A stretch of 10,894 nucleotides of DNA, taken from Candidatus Eiseniibacteriota bacterium (lineage in GTDB: Bacteria > Eisenbacteria > RBG-16-71-46 > CAZEPH01). Positions 1 through 8,616 of this stretch are shown piece after piece. Where the stretch lies: the NCBI GenBank assembly GCA_044229145.1, contig JBGATO010000106.1, forward strand, positions 1 to 10,894. The letters run 5' to 3'. The first letter of the stretch is position 1, and every line of letters begins with the position of its first letter. The translations under genes were made by a program, and so were the position numbers. Under the pieces are notes generated by a model, which did not search any database, was not told where the DNA came from, and saw only the letters and a program-made list of their open reading frames with translations.

Positions 1-927
1 CTCCTCGTGTGCGCAGAGCGGGCGACAGTCGAGCGGCAGCGCCCCTGCCTCCGCCTCCGCGAGCGCGCGCACGTCCTCAGCGAGACGCGCCAGCAACTGC
101 ACGTCGTCGAGCAGCGACGCCCACATCTGCGGCGACGGCGGCAGCACACCGTCCTGCAACGCCTCGATCTGCGCCCGCAGCGCGGCGAGCGGCGTGCGCA
201 GGTCATGGGCGACATCGCGCGTCAGTTGCCGCCGCGTCTCTTCGGCGCGCTCAAGGGCCGCCGCGAGATCGTTGACATCGCGCGCCAACCGCGCGATCTC
301 GTCGTCGCCCTGCACCGGCGCGCGCGCCGCGAGATCGCCGGCCGCGATGCGACGCGCCACCGCCGCGACGTCCTCGAGCGGCCGCGCCAGCCGCCCTGCC
401 GCGAGCCACACCAACAGCGCCGCGACCAACAGCGCGGCAAGCGCCGCCACCACCAAACCGTGGGTCACGGTCTGGCGCACTTGGGCGGTCTCGTCCTGCG
501 GCAGGGGCACCGCCATCACCGTGCGCCCGTCGCCGACCGCGGCGCGCGCCGGATTGCGCAACACGAGTTCGAGTCCCGACCCGCGGATGGTCGTCGCACC
601 ACCTGCATCGTCGCGCACCGTCGCCCGCGCGAGGAGCGTGGACGAACTCGCGATCACCGCGCCGGTCGCGTCGAGCACCACCAGCGCATGACTCGGCCCC
701 ACGCGGCGCGCCGCGAGGTACGCCGCGATCGCCTCCGGCGTGCGCGGGCCACCGGCGAGCCAGGCCGCCGTCTCGTGCAACGGCCGCGGGTCGACCGCGC
801 CGCGATCGAGACGCAGGCGCGTCAGATCGCGCACCACGACGTGTTGCGACAGCAGCGCCATCGCCGCCACCGCGACGAGCGCCAACAGCGCGAGGATGGC
901 GGTCAGCCGCGCCCGCAAGCTACGCAT
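1..927 (-). CDS. Membrane sensor histidine kinase (TM-extracytoplasmic-TM-HAMP-HisKA), BaeS/CpxA-like; 3' end lies beyond the left edge
   Basis: Not in the ORF track; translated by hand. ATG at 927 (alternative GTG 930) overlaps the regulator's 3' end. MRSLRARLTAILALLALVAVAAMALL is TM1 and GLVVAALAALLVAALLVWLAA is TM2. HAMP: RPLEDVAAVARRIAAGDLAARAPVQGDDEIARLARDVNDL. H-box: DVAHDLRTPLAALRAQIEALQDG (His codon 205-207). The frame stays open to base 1. Confidence 0.93.
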   Translation of the reverse strand, partial: MRSLRARLTAILALLALVAVAAMALLSQHVVVRDLTRLRLDRGAVDPRPLHETAAWLAGGPRTPEAIAAYLAARRVGPSHALVVLDATGAVIASSSTLLARATVRDDAGGATTIRGSGLELVLRNPARAAVGDGRTVMAVPLPQDETAQVRQTVTHGLVVAALAALLVAALLVWLAAGRLARPLEDVAAVARRIAAGDLAARAPVQGDDEIARLARDVNDLAAALERAEETRRQLTRDVAHDLRTPLAALRAQIEALQDGVLPPSPQMWASLLDDVQLLARLAEDVRALAEAEAGALPLDCRPLCAHEE

Positions 928-1612
928 CACGCTCGGTGAACCGATAGCCGACGCCGTTGACCGTCTCGATGAGCACCGGATGCGCGGGGTCGCGTTCGAT
1001 CTTGCGCCGCAGGTTGCGCACGTGCACGTCGATGGTGCGATGCAGCCCGTCGAATTCGTCCCCGAGCGCGTGCGCGATGAGCGCGTCGCGGCTGAATGCG
1101 CGTCCCGGCGCCCGCATGAGCGCGTGCAGCAAGGCAAACTCGCGCGCGGTCAACGCCACCGCCGCGCCGCGCACCCGCGTCTCGCGCGTGCGCGGGTCGA
1201 GCACCACGCCGTGGCGCGCGATCGGCGGACCGCTGGGATCGCCGGTCGCGCTGCGCCGCAACACCGCGCGCACGCGCGCCACCAGTTCGCGTGGGCTGAA
1301 CGGCTTGACGATGTAGTCGTCAGCGCCCAACTCGAGACCGGCGAGCCGGTCTTCTTCCTCGGCGCGCGCGGTGACCAGCAGCACCGGCACATCCGATGAC
1401 GCGCGCAACGCGCGGCACACCGCGAAGCCATCGAGCCCCGGCAGCATGACGTCGAGCAGCACCAGCGCCGGCGGCGCCTGACGCGCGCGTTCCAGACCGG
1501 CGCGGCCGTCCGCCACCACCTCGGCGGCGTATCCGCCGTGCTCGAGGTAGAGCCGCATGACCTCGGCAATTTTGGGATCGTCCTCGACGATCAGGATGCG
1601 CGGTGCGGCCAT
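920..1612 (-). CDS. OmpR/PhoB-family DNA-binding response regulator (230 aa)
   Basis: C-terminal part of ORF 920..3262. Receiver motifs ILIVEDD, LLDVMLPGLDG, VTAR and GADDYIVKPF. Winged helix LTAREFALL...RTIDVHVRNLRRKIE...IETVNGVGYRF. GGGGGA SD-like sequence precedes ATG 1612. Confidence 0.96.
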   Translation of the reverse strand: MAAPRILIVEDDPKIAEVMRLYLEHGGYAAEVVADGRAGLERARQAPPALVLLDVMLPGLDGFAVCRALRASSDVPVLLVTARAEEEDRLAGLELGADDYIVKPFSPRELVARVRAVLRRSATGDPSGPPIARHGVVLDPRTRETRVRGAAVALTAREFALLHALMRAPGRAFSRDALIAHALGDEFDGLHRTIDVHVRNLRRKIERDPAHPVLIETVNGVGYRFTERDA

Positions 1613-1640
1613 TGTTCCCCCGGTTCGGCCATCCGAACTG

Positions 1641-1674
1641 ACAGTGCGCCAACGAGATGAAGGAATGATGAAGG
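1641..1674 (-). promoter_or_regulatory. Candidate OmpR/PhoB-type tandem binding box (CCTTCATC-att-CCTTCATC) with adjacent -10-like hexamer
   Basis: Perfect 8-bp repeat GATGAAGG on the + strand at 1656-1663 and 1667-1674 (11-bp period). A -10-like CACTGT on the - strand at 1646-1641 lies 9 bp downstream, towards the regulator ATG. Confidence 0.6.
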
Positions 1675-1740
1675 GCCGGGCCGCGGCCGGCAACCGTGCC
1701 GCGCGCCGGCCCGCCTGGCGAGGTGTCCGAGTCCGTCGCC

Positions 1741-1834
1741 CCATTGGTCCTGGCCATTGGCGGGCCGTGACCGCATACCTCTGGACACCCGTCGAACGCC
1801 GGTCCGATAATTGGCCTCTCGGGACCAATATCGG
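1741..1834 (+). promoter_or_regulatory. Candidate sigma70 promoter and MocR/PdxR operator array for the pdxR-pdxS-pdxT operon
   Basis: TGGACA (1782-1787), 18-bp spacer, GATAAT (1806-1811). ATTGG-core motifs at 1743 (ATTGGTCC), 1756 (ATTGGCG) and 1810 (ATTGGCC), plus an inverted copy GGACCAAT at 1822-1829. Dyad CCGATAATTGG (1804-1814) / CCAATATCGG (1825-1834). Confidence 0.6.
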
Positions 1835-1876
1835 TCTCTCCTGCTCGATGAGAGCCTCTCCTTGGAGACGGTGGAC

Positions 1877-3568
1877 ATGAAGCTGCAATTGGACCGCTCG
1901 TCCCCCCAGACGCTGGTCAGCCAAATCGTCGACGGCGTGTCGCGTCTGGTGCGCGACGCCGAACTGCGCCCCGGCGACCGTCTGCCTCCGACGCGCACGC
2001 TCGCCCGCGAACTCGGCACCACGCGCGGCACCGTGGTCAGCGCGTTCGAGATCCTGCTCGCCAACGGCGTGCTCGAAGCGCACGTCGGACGCGGCACCTT
2101 CGTGTCGCGCGGCGGGGCGACCAATGGGACCGGCACCGGGGCGCAAGCCTCCCTCGGCGCTGGGGGCCAGGCCGGCACCAACGGCCAGTCCCCGAACGGA
2201 CAGGGCGCGGAGAATGGCCGCCCCGGTCGACCGGCACCCCGCAATTGGAGCGCATCGCTGCCGTTGGTCCCGCTCGATGGCGGCGAGGACCGCGCCGCGG
2301 CGCGCCGCCCGCGCGTCTCCGCCGCGACCTCGCGCGCCTTCTGGGCCGCGACGCTCGGCGACCGCACGCGCATCGAGCAGCAGACGCACGACTGGCTCGG
2401 CCGCGATACCCGCGGCACCATCTCGTTCGCCTACGCGATCCCGCCGGCGGAGCTGTTCCCGCTCACCGAGTTCCGCCGCGCCACCGACAAGGCGCTGCTG
2501 GTGCGCGGCCGCGAACTGCTGCAGCTCGGTCCGGCCGACGGTTTCGAGCCGCTCAAGGTCGAAATCGCCGCGCGCATGAGCGACGCCGGCTCGCCGACGG
2601 AAGTCGACGACCTGCTGATCACCACCGGCTCGCAGCAGTCGCTCGACCTGATCCGCCGCCTGCTCGTGCAGCCGGGCGAACCGGTGATCGTCGAAGCGCC
2701 GACGTATCCCGGCGCCATCCACATCCTCAAGGAAGCCGGCGCCCGTTTGCTCGAATGGCCGGTGACCCGTGACGGCTGGGACATGGACGCGCTCGAAGCG
2801 ATGCTGCGCGAGCGCCGCGCCCGCTTCATCTACGTCGCCCCCGACTTCCAGAACCCGACCGGCAAGCGCATGGACTTGAGCGAGCGCCAGCGCCTGCTCG
2901 ACATCGCCGCCGAATACGGCGTGCCGGTGGTCGAGGACGACATCTGCGGCGACCTGCGCTTCGACGATGCCGACGCGCTGCCGACGCTGCGCGCGCTCGA
3001 CACCCGCGGCCTGGTGCTCTACATGGGCAGCTTCTCGAAGACGACGTTCCCCGGCATCCGGCTCGGCTGGATCGCCGCCGTCGCCGCCGCGCGCGAGCAC
3101 TTGGTCGAACTGAAGCAGGCGGTGGACTTGCAGACCAGCGGCCCGACGCAGGCGGCGATGTACGAGTTCGCCCGCAGCGGCGCGCTGGAGCGCCACGTCA
3201 GCCGCGTATGCGTCGAGTACGCGCGCCGTCGCGACGCGATGGACGCCGCGCTGCGCAAGCACATGCCCGAGGAGTGCAGTTGGGAGCTGCCCCAGGGCGG
3301 TCTGTCGCTCTGGGTGCGCATGCCCGACGAAGTCGATGCCGAGGAGATCGGCCGTCGCGCGCTCGACGCGAAGGTGGCGGTGTCCTCGAGCCGGTTCTTC
3401 TTCCCCGGCCGTCCGCGCGAGCAGGCCATGCGGCTCGCGTTCGCCAGCAATCCGCCCAACCTCGTGGACGAGGGTGTGAAGCGGTTGGCGACGGTCGTCA
3501 AGAGCGCGATCGCGCGCCTCGAGAGCCCGCGGGCCACGAAGCGCGGCACGCGCACGGCATTGGTGTAG
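1877..3568 (+). CDS. pdxR: MocR/GabR-family transcriptional regulator (GntR wHTH + PLP-binding aminotransferase-like domain), PdxR-like, 563 aa
   Basis: w[50 protein letters not shown]. Aminotransferase-fold motifs [31 protein letters not shown] and the PLP lysine in [19 protein letters not shown] at 1864-1867 supports ATG 1877 over the ORF-track start 1811. The symbol rests on adjacency to pdxST; orthology was not tested. Confidence 0.9.
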   Translation: MKLQLDRSSPQTLVSQIVDGVSRLVRDAELRPGDRLPPTRTLARELGTTRGTVVSAFEILLANGVLEAHVGRGTFVSRGGATNGTGTGAQASLGAGGQAGTNGQSPNGQGAENGRPGRPAPRNWSASLPLVPLDGGEDRAAARRPRVSAATSRAFWAATLGDRTRIEQQTHDWLGRDTRGTISFAYAIPPAELFPLTEFRRATDKALLVRGRELLQLGPADGFEPLKVEIAARMSDAGSPTEVDDLLITTGSQQSLDLIRRLLVQPGEPVIVEAPTYPGAIHILKEAGARLLEWPVTRDGWDMDALEAMLRERRARFIYVAPDFQNPTGKRMDLSERQRLLDIAAEYGVPVVEDDICGDLRFDDADALPTLRALDTRGLVLYMGSFSKTTFPGIRLGWIAAVAAAREHLVELKQAVDLQTSGPTQAAMYEFARSGALERHVSRVCVEYARRRDAMDAALRKHMPEECSWELPQGGLSLWVRMPDEVDAEEIGRRALDAKVAVSSSRFFFPGRPREQAMRLAFASNPPNLVDEGVKRLATVVKSAIARLESPRATKRGTRTALV

Positions 3569-3588
3569 ACGGAAGGTCGGAGGAACGG

Positions 3589-4541
<953 letters not shown>

Positions 4542-4542
<1 letters not shown>

Positions 4543-5201
4543 TGGCCGCGCGTCCCACCACGACGCAGACGGCAAACGGGGCGGGCCACGACGGCCGCCC
4601 CGTTTGCGGTGTGCTCGCGTTGCAGGGCGACTTCGCCGCGCACGCGGCGATGGTCGAGGCCGCAGGCGCCGCGGCACGCGAGGTGCGCCGTCCGGCGCAA
4701 CTCGATGGCTGCTGCGGCCTGGTGATTCCGGGCGGCGAGAGCACCGCGCTCGACACGCTGCTCGACTTCGAGGACATGCGCGGCGCCATCGCGCGCTTCC
4801 ACGCGGCGGGCGGCGCGCTGTTCGGCACCTGCGCCGGCGTCATCCTGCTGGCGCGCGAGATCGCCGATCACGGCGAGCGCCGCAAGGTGCGGCCGTTCGG
4901 CCTGCTCGACGTCACCGTCGCGCGCAACGACTACGGCCGCCAGCGCGAGAGCTTCGAGACGTTCGACGCGGTGCGCGAACTCGGCGACGCGCGCTTCCCG
5001 ATGGCGTTCATCCGAGCGCCGCGCATCGTGCGCGCCGGCCGCGACGTCCGCGTGCTGGCGACGCAAAACGGCGATCCGGTGCTCGTGCGTCAGGGCCGCA
5101 TCGTCGGCTGCACCTTCCACCCCGAGATCAGCGGCGACCCGCGGCTCCACGCGTACTTCCTGCGCGAAGTGGCCGGCGCGACGCCAGTTCCCGTGCCGTA
5201 A
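4542..5201 (+). CDS. pdxT: Pyridoxal 5'-phosphate synthase, glutaminase subunit (219 aa)
   Basis: GVLALQGDF, IPGGEST, nucleophile GTCAG, RNDYGRQRESF, FIRAP and FHPE. The GTG start overlaps the pdxS stop (TAGTG, 4540-4544). Confidence 0.97.
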
Positions 5202-5227
5202 TCGCCGTTCCGCGAGCGAGGCCCCGC

Positions 5228-6232
5228 ATGCCGCACGACGCGCCGCTCGTCCGACCGATGGTCGCGACGGATCTCCCGCACACCAAGCACGTCTTCCGCG
5301 ACACCCTGCACGCGCTGCTGATCGAAGTCGGCCGCGATCCCGCGATCCTCGACGGCATGTGTCCGCTGCCCACCGCCGAAGCGCATCACCTGCTCGCCAC
5401 CGATCCGTCGCATCACTGGGTGGCCGAATCGCGCGGGTCGATCGTCGGCTACGTGTCGGCGGTGACGCGCGGGCCGATCTGGTTCCTCAGCGGGTTCTGG
5501 ATGTTGCCGGAGTTCCAAGGCAGCGGCATCGGCCAGCAGTTGCTCGAGCGCGCCCGCGCCGCCGGCACACGCGCCGGCGCGACGATCTTCAGCGTCTACT
5601 CCGCGGTCACCGAACGCGCGCAAGCGTTGTACATCCGCATGGGCATGACGCCGCGCACGCCGCTCTACACGCTGGTGTTGCCGCTGGCGAAGGTCGACGA
5701 GGCGCTGCGCCGCGTGTCGCTGGCCGGCGGGCCGGCGCTCGACATCGCGGCGATGTCGCTCGACACCGCGCCGGTGCAGGCGTTGTCGTCGCTCGACTTC
5801 GCGGTGCGCGGCGTGCCGCGCGCACAGGATCACCGCTACTGGCTCGCGCGGCCGACGCGGACCTGTCTCATCGCCTTCGATCGCCAGCACAAGCCGGTCG
5901 GCTATGCGTACACCACCGACGGCGGCCGCATCGGCCCGTGCGCGACGACGGACCCGCAGTACATGCCGGCGCTGCTCGCCGCCGCGGTACGCAGCGCCGC
6001 CGCCAAGTTGCGCTCGCGCGTCGCCGCCGCCGCCCGCGCCGCCGCGCCCGACGCGCCGCCGCACAACCCGGACGACGACGAGATCGCGCTCATCGTGCCG
6101 GGCCTCTCGATGCAGGCATTGCAGTACTTGCTCGGGTGCGGTTTCCACATTCGCCACCACGGCATCTTCATGGCGAGCGAGAGCTTCGGCCAGTTCGACC
6201 GGTATGTGATTTCGGGCGCGGGGTTATTGTAG
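5228..6232 (+). CDS. GNAT-family N-acetyltransferase with a second, degenerate GNAT-like C-terminal domain (334 aa)
   Basis: C-terminal part of ORF 4604..6232. WVAESRGSIVGYV, the acetyl-CoA motif LPEFQGSGIGQQLL and AQALYIRMGM. Second domain PVGYAYTTDGGRIGPCA...LQYLLGCGF. GAGG at 5218-5221 precedes ATG 5228. Confidence 0.88.
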   Translation: MPHDAPLVRPMVATDLPHTKHVFRDTLHALLIEVGRDPAILDGMCPLPTAEAHHLLATDPSHHWVAESRGSIVGYVSAVTRGPIWFLSGFWMLPEFQGSGIGQQLLERARAAGTRAGATIFSVYSAVTERAQALYIRMGMTPRTPLYTLVLPLAKVDEALRRVSLAGGPALDIAAMSLDTAPVQALSSLDFAVRGVPRAQDHRYWLARPTRTCLIAFDRQHKPVGYAYTTDGGRIGPCATTDPQYMPALLAAAVRSAAAKLRSRVAAAARAAAPDAPPHNPDDDEIALIVPGLSMQALQYLLGCGFHIRHHGIFMASESFGQFDRYVISGAGLL

Positions 6233-6237
6233 GGCGC

Positions 6238-6326
6238 GGGCTCGCCCGCCGCCCGGCGCCGTTCACCGTCCGCCAGCCGCCGTTCGTCGAAAGCCGCGCG
6301 AGGCGCGGCGCCGCGGGCCGTACATT
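6238..6326 (+). promoter_or_regulatory. Candidate LytTR-binding direct repeats and activator-dependent promoter
   Basis: CCGTTCACC (6259-6267) and CCGTTCGTC (6280-6288) are 21 bp apart, with a degenerate GGGCTCGCC a further 21 bp upstream (6238-6246). TACATT -10 at 6321-6326, with no recognisable -35. Confidence 0.75.
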
Positions 6327-6389
6327 CCTGTGCGTGCGTCGCGGCCGGGCGTCACGGGGACGAACCGGCGGACGCGAGCGGAGGATCCG

Positions 6390-6773
6390 ATGACAGCTCG
6401 CTCTCGTCGCCGCCACCACGACCGGGCGGAAAACCTGTTCTGGGGGATGGCCCTCGTCGGGCTCGGCGTGATGTTCCTGGCCCACGAGGCACGCTGGCTG
6501 ACGCTGGCGTGGCTCAGTCACAACTGGGCGCTGGTCGTGGTCGGGCTCGGTATCTTGCGGATCGTGACGGCGCGTGACGCGCGCAGCATCGGCAGTGGCG
6601 TGACGATGTCGCTGATCGGCGCGTGGTGCTGGATCGCCACGACGAGTTGGATGGGCCTCACCTGGTCCAACAGTTGGCCTCTGGCGCTGGTCGCCACCGG
6701 TTCGGGTATCTTGGCGCGGGCCATGGCCACGATGTTCCTGCCGGATCACTTCGAGGATGCGGACGATGAATGA
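6390..6773 (+). CDS. Small four-TM membrane protein, LiaI/LiaF-TM (DUF5668-like), 127 aa
   Basis: GGAGG at 6380-6384 precedes ATG 6390. Hydrophobic segments LFWGMALVGLGVMFL, NWALVVVGLGILRIV, GVTMSLIGAWCWI and SWPLALVATGSGIL. Overlaps the next gene. Confidence 0.8.
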   Translation: MTARSRRRHHDRAENLFWGMALVGLGVMFLAHEARWLTLAWLSHNWALVVVGLGILRIVTARDARSIGSGVTMSLIGAWCWIATTSWMGLTWSNSWPLALVATGSGILARAMATMFLPDHFEDADDE

Positions 6774-7548
6774 CACGCACGATGCACGCGACGAACGCGA
6801 GGCCCCTCGCACACAGGTGCGCGGCCTGGTCGGATTGAAGATCTCCGGCCACACCATCGTCGGGGCGATCATGCTGCTCCTCGGTGTGTTGTGGACGCTC
6901 GACAATCTCGACGTCATGGACTCGGATCGCGCGATTCAGTTCTGGCCGATCGGATTGGTGGCGTTCGGCGTCGCCAAGCTGCAAGGCTGGAACACGCGAC
7001 AGGATCGCAACGCCGGCACCGCGCTGACCATCATCGGCAGCCTGATGCTGTTGCGGCCGCTGGGCATCATCCACACGAGCATCTTCAGCCTCTGGCCTCT
7101 CCTGATGATCGCAGGCGGCCTGGCATTGCTCCGGCGGGCGCGGACTCCGGTGGAAGACTTGCCGCCGGGATCGGCGGAAGTGAACGACGCGCACCTCTCG
7201 GTGCTGGCGCTCATGGGCGGCGCGGCGCGGCGCGTGCACTCGCGCGACTTCCGCGGCGCCGAGGCGAGCGCGATCATGGGCGGCGTCGAACTCGACCTGC
7301 GCAACGCGGCCACCACGGTGCCCAAGGTGTACGTCGACGTCTTCACGTGGTGGGGCGGCATCGAGATCATCGTGCCGCGCGACTGGAAGGTGGACACCGA
7401 AGCCACGCCCATCATGGGTGCCGTCGTGGACACCACCAAGGCGCCGGACGCGCCGGTCGTCACCACGCTGGTGGTGCGCGGCATCGTGATCATGGGCGGC
7501 GTCGAGGTGAAGAACAAGTCGTCGGTGCGCGTCGAGGAGAACTCCTAA
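6766..7548 (+). CDS. LiaF-like cell-envelope stress protein (N-terminal 4-TM DUF5668-like region + C-terminal DUF2154-like beta domain)
   Basis: TM region GAIMLLLGVLWTLDNL, FWPIGLVAFG and LWPLLMIAGG. C-terminal repeats ALMGG, AIMGGVELDLRNA, WWGGIEIIVPRDWKV and VIMGGVEVKN. GAGG at 6753-6756 favours ATG 6766 over 6757. Confidence 0.87.
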   Translation: MNDTHDARDEREAPRTQVRGLVGLKISGHTIVGAIMLLLGVLWTLDNLDVMDSDRAIQFWPIGLVAFGVAKLQGWNTRQDRNAGTALTIIGSLMLLRPLGIIHTSIFSLWPLLMIAGGLALLRRARTPVEDLPPGSAEVNDAHLSVLALMGGAARRVHSRDFRGAEASAIMGGVELDLRNAATTVPKVYVDVFTWWGGIEIIVPRDWKVDTEATPIMGAVVDTTKAPDAPVVTTLVVRGIVIMGGVEVKNKSSVRVEENS

Positions 7549-7551
7549 ACG

Positions 7552-8616
7552 ATGCACCCGTTTCTCGTGCAACGCGCCCGTCTCGGGATGCTGATCGTCG
7601 CCGCGCTGGCCAGCGGGCTCGGCGTGGCGGTCGTTCTGCATGCGGTGGCGATACGGCCGTGGCGCGAGTGCTTCGCCTTCGCGGTGCCGCTGTGTCTGGT
7701 CTACGGCTTCATGTGCATGGCGTCGTGGTGGGTGTGCCGCGCGAATCCGCTCACCACGCAGCAGGCGCAGCGCTCGATTCTCGTGCAAACGGTGGCGATG
7801 GTGCAGTCGTCGCTGGTGTGGGTCGGGCTCGGCGTGGTGTGGTCGGCGGCGATGCACACGCTATGGAACATCGGCCCGCGCGGCGCTGGTTTGGCGCGCG
7901 ACCTCACGGTGCTGTTCCTCGCCGGACTGCCGCTGTACGCGCTCGCGGTGATGGTGAACTACGTGTTCCTCGCCATCGAAGCGTCGCACGACGCGGAGCG
8001 CCGCATGCTCGAATCGCAGGTCGGCACGCGCGAGGCGGAGTTGCGGGCGCTGCGGGCGCAGATCGACCCGCACTTTCTGTTCAACAGTCTCAACTCGATC
8101 AACGCGCTGATCGGCGCGGATCCCGAGGCGGCGCGGCGCATGTGCGAACGTCTCGGCGATTTCATGCGCCACACGCTGCGTCTCGGCGCGCGCCATCTCG
8201 TGCCACTGCGCGACGAACTCGCACTCATCGACCGCTATCTCGACATCGAGCAAGTGCGCTTCGGCGACCGATTGCACGTCGCGCGCGAGATCGACCCCGA
8301 GGCCGGCGTCTGCTTGGTGCCGCCGTTGCTCTTGCAGCCGCTGGTCGAGAACGCGATCAAGCACGGTGTCGCGCAGCGCATCGAGGGCGGCACCATCGCC
8401 CTGCGCGTCGCGCGCACCGCGGCGACGCTGCGCATCGAAGTGGACAACCCCGTCGACGCCGACGCGCCGCGCACCACCGGCGAAGGCGTCGGCCTCGAGA
8501 ACGTGCGGCGACGGCTGGACGACGCCGCCTCGCTGCGCGCGGTGCGGGACGGCGATCACTTCCGGGTTGCGCTGACGCTCCCCGTCGTGACCGCGGACAA
8601 GGAGACATCGGCATGA
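7552..8616 (+). CDS. LytS/YehU/AlgZ-type membrane sensor histidine kinase (354 aa)
   Basis: About four N-terminal TM helices. H-box ELRALRAQIDPHFLFNSLNSI, then YLDIEQVRFGDRL, N-box PPLLLQPLVENAIKHG and G-box GEGVGLENVRRRL. Confidence 0.95.
   Translation: MHPFLVQRARLGMLIVAALASGLGVAVVLHAVAIRPWRECFAFAVPLCLVYGFMCMASWWVCRANPLTTQQAQRSILVQTVAMVQSSLVWVGLGVVWSAAMHTLWNIGPRGAGLARDLTVLFLAGLPLYALAVMVNYVFLAIEASHDAERRMLESQVGTREAELRALRAQIDPHFLFNSLNSINALIGADPEAARRMCERLGDFMRHTLRLGARHLVPLRDELALIDRYLDIEQVRFGDRLHVAREIDPEAGVCLVPPLLLQPLVENAIKHGVAQRIEGGTIALRVARTAATLRIEVDNPVDADAPRTTGEGVGLENVRRRLDDAASLRAVRDGDHFRVALTLPVVTADKETSA

Noticed and set aside
7..939. 310-aa plus-strand ORF, and other long shadow ORFs such as 3019..4677, 5090..6160, 6658..7857, 8556..10835 and 8750..10600
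   Set aside because: They lie antisense or off-frame to well-supported genes, have Arg/His/Ala-skewed composition and show no family motifs. This is typical of high-GC DNA.
1621..1640. Hairpin GTTCGG-ccat-CCGAAC just upstream of the regulator SD
   Set aside because: Only a 6-bp core stem with no U-tract. The predicted transcript would start inside it, so a role cannot be supported.
1675..1876. Riboswitch or sRNA in the divergent spacer upstream of the B6 operon
   Set aside because: I recognise no known riboswitch motif. The predicted leader is only about 60 nt and the dyads are better explained as protein operators. An Rfam scan would settle it.
920..3262. 780-aa minus-strand ORF as one protein
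   Set aside because: Only 920-1612 has protein-family motifs and an SD. The rest is antisense to pdxR and stays open because of GC-rich codon bias.
5185..5213. CAGTTC / CCGTTC pair resembling LytTR boxes before the GNAT gene
   Set aside because: Spacing is 20 rather than 21-22 bp, one copy is inside pdxT, and there is no room for a promoter before ATG 5228.
4604..5227. Possible pdxT-GNAT frameshift fusion or long GNAT N-terminus
   Set aside because: PdxT is complete with its own TAA, the GNAT has its own SD and ATG, and I see no slippery sequence.
6232..6254. GC hairpin GGGCGCGGG-ctcg-CCCGCCGCCC as a terminator after the GNAT gene
   Set aside because: Imperfect stem with no U-tract, and it overlaps the candidate LytTR box array.
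6891..8612. N-terminal extension of the 826-aa ORF that ends in the LytTR regulator
   Set aside because: Arg/Gly/Ala-rich off-frame read of the LiaF-like and kinase genes. The real start at 8613 has AAGGAG and an ATGA overlap.
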